DNA of 64,000 nucleotides. Source: Octopus vulgaris (taxonomy: Eukaryota). The position numbers and the translations under genes are program-made. The stretch is taken from contig OX597822.1 of the NCBI GenBank assembly GCA_951406725.2, forward strand, positions 61,008,001-61,072,000. The letters are read 5' to 3'. Shown here in pieces: positions 62,146 through 64,000 of the stretch. The notes under the pieces are model-generated. The model was not told the DNA's origin and ran no database searches. It saw only the letters and a list, made by a program, of their open reading frames with translations. Every line of letters begins with the position of its first letter. Position 1 is the stretch's first letter.

Positions 62146-63880
62146 TCATTTAACATCTGTTAACAATGCAGGCATGGGTTGGATGTCTTGACAGGATCCC
62201 AAAAGACTGAGGACTGCTGAGTTACAATGTCTGCTTTGGCATAGTTTTAATGGTTGGTTGCCTTTCTTAACCGTTTTACAAAGTTTAATGGATGCTTTTT
62301 GTTTTGTTTTGTTTTTTTTTTGTTTTTTTTTGTGATACCAGCACCTGTGCAATTGTCCCCCTTGACTGAGTGTCAGTGTGGCAGAAGGGTGGCTGGCTTT
62401 ATGCCAGTTGTTGAAAGGCTAAAGTATGATAGACGGACAGGAACAGGTATCTTGCTGTAGAGGAGATACGTAGCTACCCTCTACTACATAATGATGGGTA
62501 GAAATAGCCAGAAAAAGAGATAAGTGGTGGTGTCAGGGTACTCTCAATGTGCAATCAGGATTGAGGAAGGATGGGTGAGCAGGTGAGTTCACAAGAGTGA
62601 AAGGAGAGTGGTGGATGGTTAGTGCTGAATGCAGAGAATGATGAGTAAGGGTGGCAGTGTGGTTGATGATGAATATCAATGGGCAGGGTGTAGGGAATAG
62701 TAATGGGTCAGCATGGGAGGTGATAAGAGGTAGTACAGAAAGGGTGGAGAGCAGCTGTATAATAAAACTGTGGGTAGATGAGAAATAGGGAGCTGTTGTG
62801 GGGAGGGCAAGGATGAATCAGATAGGGAGATCAGAGGTATATAGGGGTGGATATAGTGAGTGATGAAAAAGGTGGAAAGAGTTATCAATGGCAGATATGA
62901 AAGAGTGTTACAGATGAGCTATGGCAGTCATAAGATGTAGTTCAAGGGAACAGATTAATCAATGGAAAAACAAAGTGGGAGAGGATATTTCAAGGAGAGA
63001 TAACTGGCATCACAAAAAGGGATGAAATGAATGCAGTTCTCACATAATTTCAATACTTGAATGAATTGTGCTGTATGTAAGTAGAAGAGGAATTGGTGTT
63101 AAAAAAGATGAGAGGTAGGAGAGGCTCAATAAAGACAGATTGGTTGCAAGGACAGAGATATAAACATAATGCTTTGGGATCCCATATTTATCATGACAAA
63201 GAGACCTTCTCAAGCACAGCAAATTACCAAATTATCATTGTCTTTTGTCATTTCCATAAAGCTCAACATCATGAGGTCAATCTTCACTACATCCTATGTC
63301 TTCCTGGATCTCCCTCTTCCACAAGTTCCATCTACATTTAGTGATTGACACTTCTTTATGTAGCCACATCACATGGCTAAACCATCACAGTCTTCTCTCT
63401 TGTACACTAAGCCTGCTTCTCTTATGCCTAATTCTTCTTTCAATACTCTTGCACCTTGTCATACATGAACTCTAATGTTGCACATCCACCAGAGCATGCT
63501 TACTTCATTTCCTTCTCTCCTTCACATGTCCTCTGCTTTTAGGATCCACATTTCACTACCATGAATCATTGCTGGTCATACACATTCATCATACAATTGG
63601 CCCTTTAACTCTAAGACAGAAACATTTTGTTACTAACAGAGGTATATAGCTCTCTGAACTTTCTCCAGCTCATTTTTAGTTTAGTGACTATACTTTCAGA
63701 ATATCCACGTTCACTGCTAATTAACTCACTTAGGTAAGAAAAACTATCTACTATAACTGAGGATTCTCTCAGGCATTTGAGAAAACCAATTTCCTGTGTA
63801 TTCTTAACATTTATTTGCTCCTGCACCTCTGACACACACTTTTCTCTGTTAACTTTCCTGTGATTCCACTGCACCTTTTG
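62146..63880 (-). mobile_element. Degenerate RTE 3' fragment with purine-rich (plus strand) UTR tract and tail
   Basis: IVDSFSYLSELISSERGYSESI..SWRKFREL in ORF 63611..63874 matches the RT C-terminus of the element at 1-2470. Confidence 0.7.
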
Positions 63881-64000
63881 TGAATCTATAGATTACACTG
63901 TAAGTTACTTGGTGACTTTGCTAGTGCTGGTGGTACAAAACAAGTACCCAATACATTACTGTAAAGTAGTTGGCATTAGGAAAGGCATCCAGCTATAGAA

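Overview
AT-rich, microsatellite-rich animal genomic DNA. The repeat families look like those of an octopus or other coleoid cephalopod (inference). One host gene is well supported: a + strand syntenin (SDCBP-like) gene with six coding exons at 43622-59309 encoding 285 aa, with a probable promoter and non-coding first exon near 28.3-28.4 kb that may be bidirectional. The rest is transposon-derived: RTE, R4/Dong and Tx1-type LINE relics, several tRNA-derived SINE families, a decayed mariner, MITEs and a Helitron-like element. Highlights: (1) a 686-bp fold-back, probably Penelope-derived, with a type I hammerhead ribozyme fold in each arm, at the core of a four-level transposon nest; (2) a 1.44-kb ORF1-only (HAL1-like) Tx1-type retroelement inserted with a 13-bp TSD into a SINE tRNA head, sharing its 3' signal with a Tx1 LINE relic and a SINE subfamily; (3) a PHD-type zinc finger inside the RT domain of the RTE LINE. 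Coordinates were read by eye and repeat boundaries are approximate.
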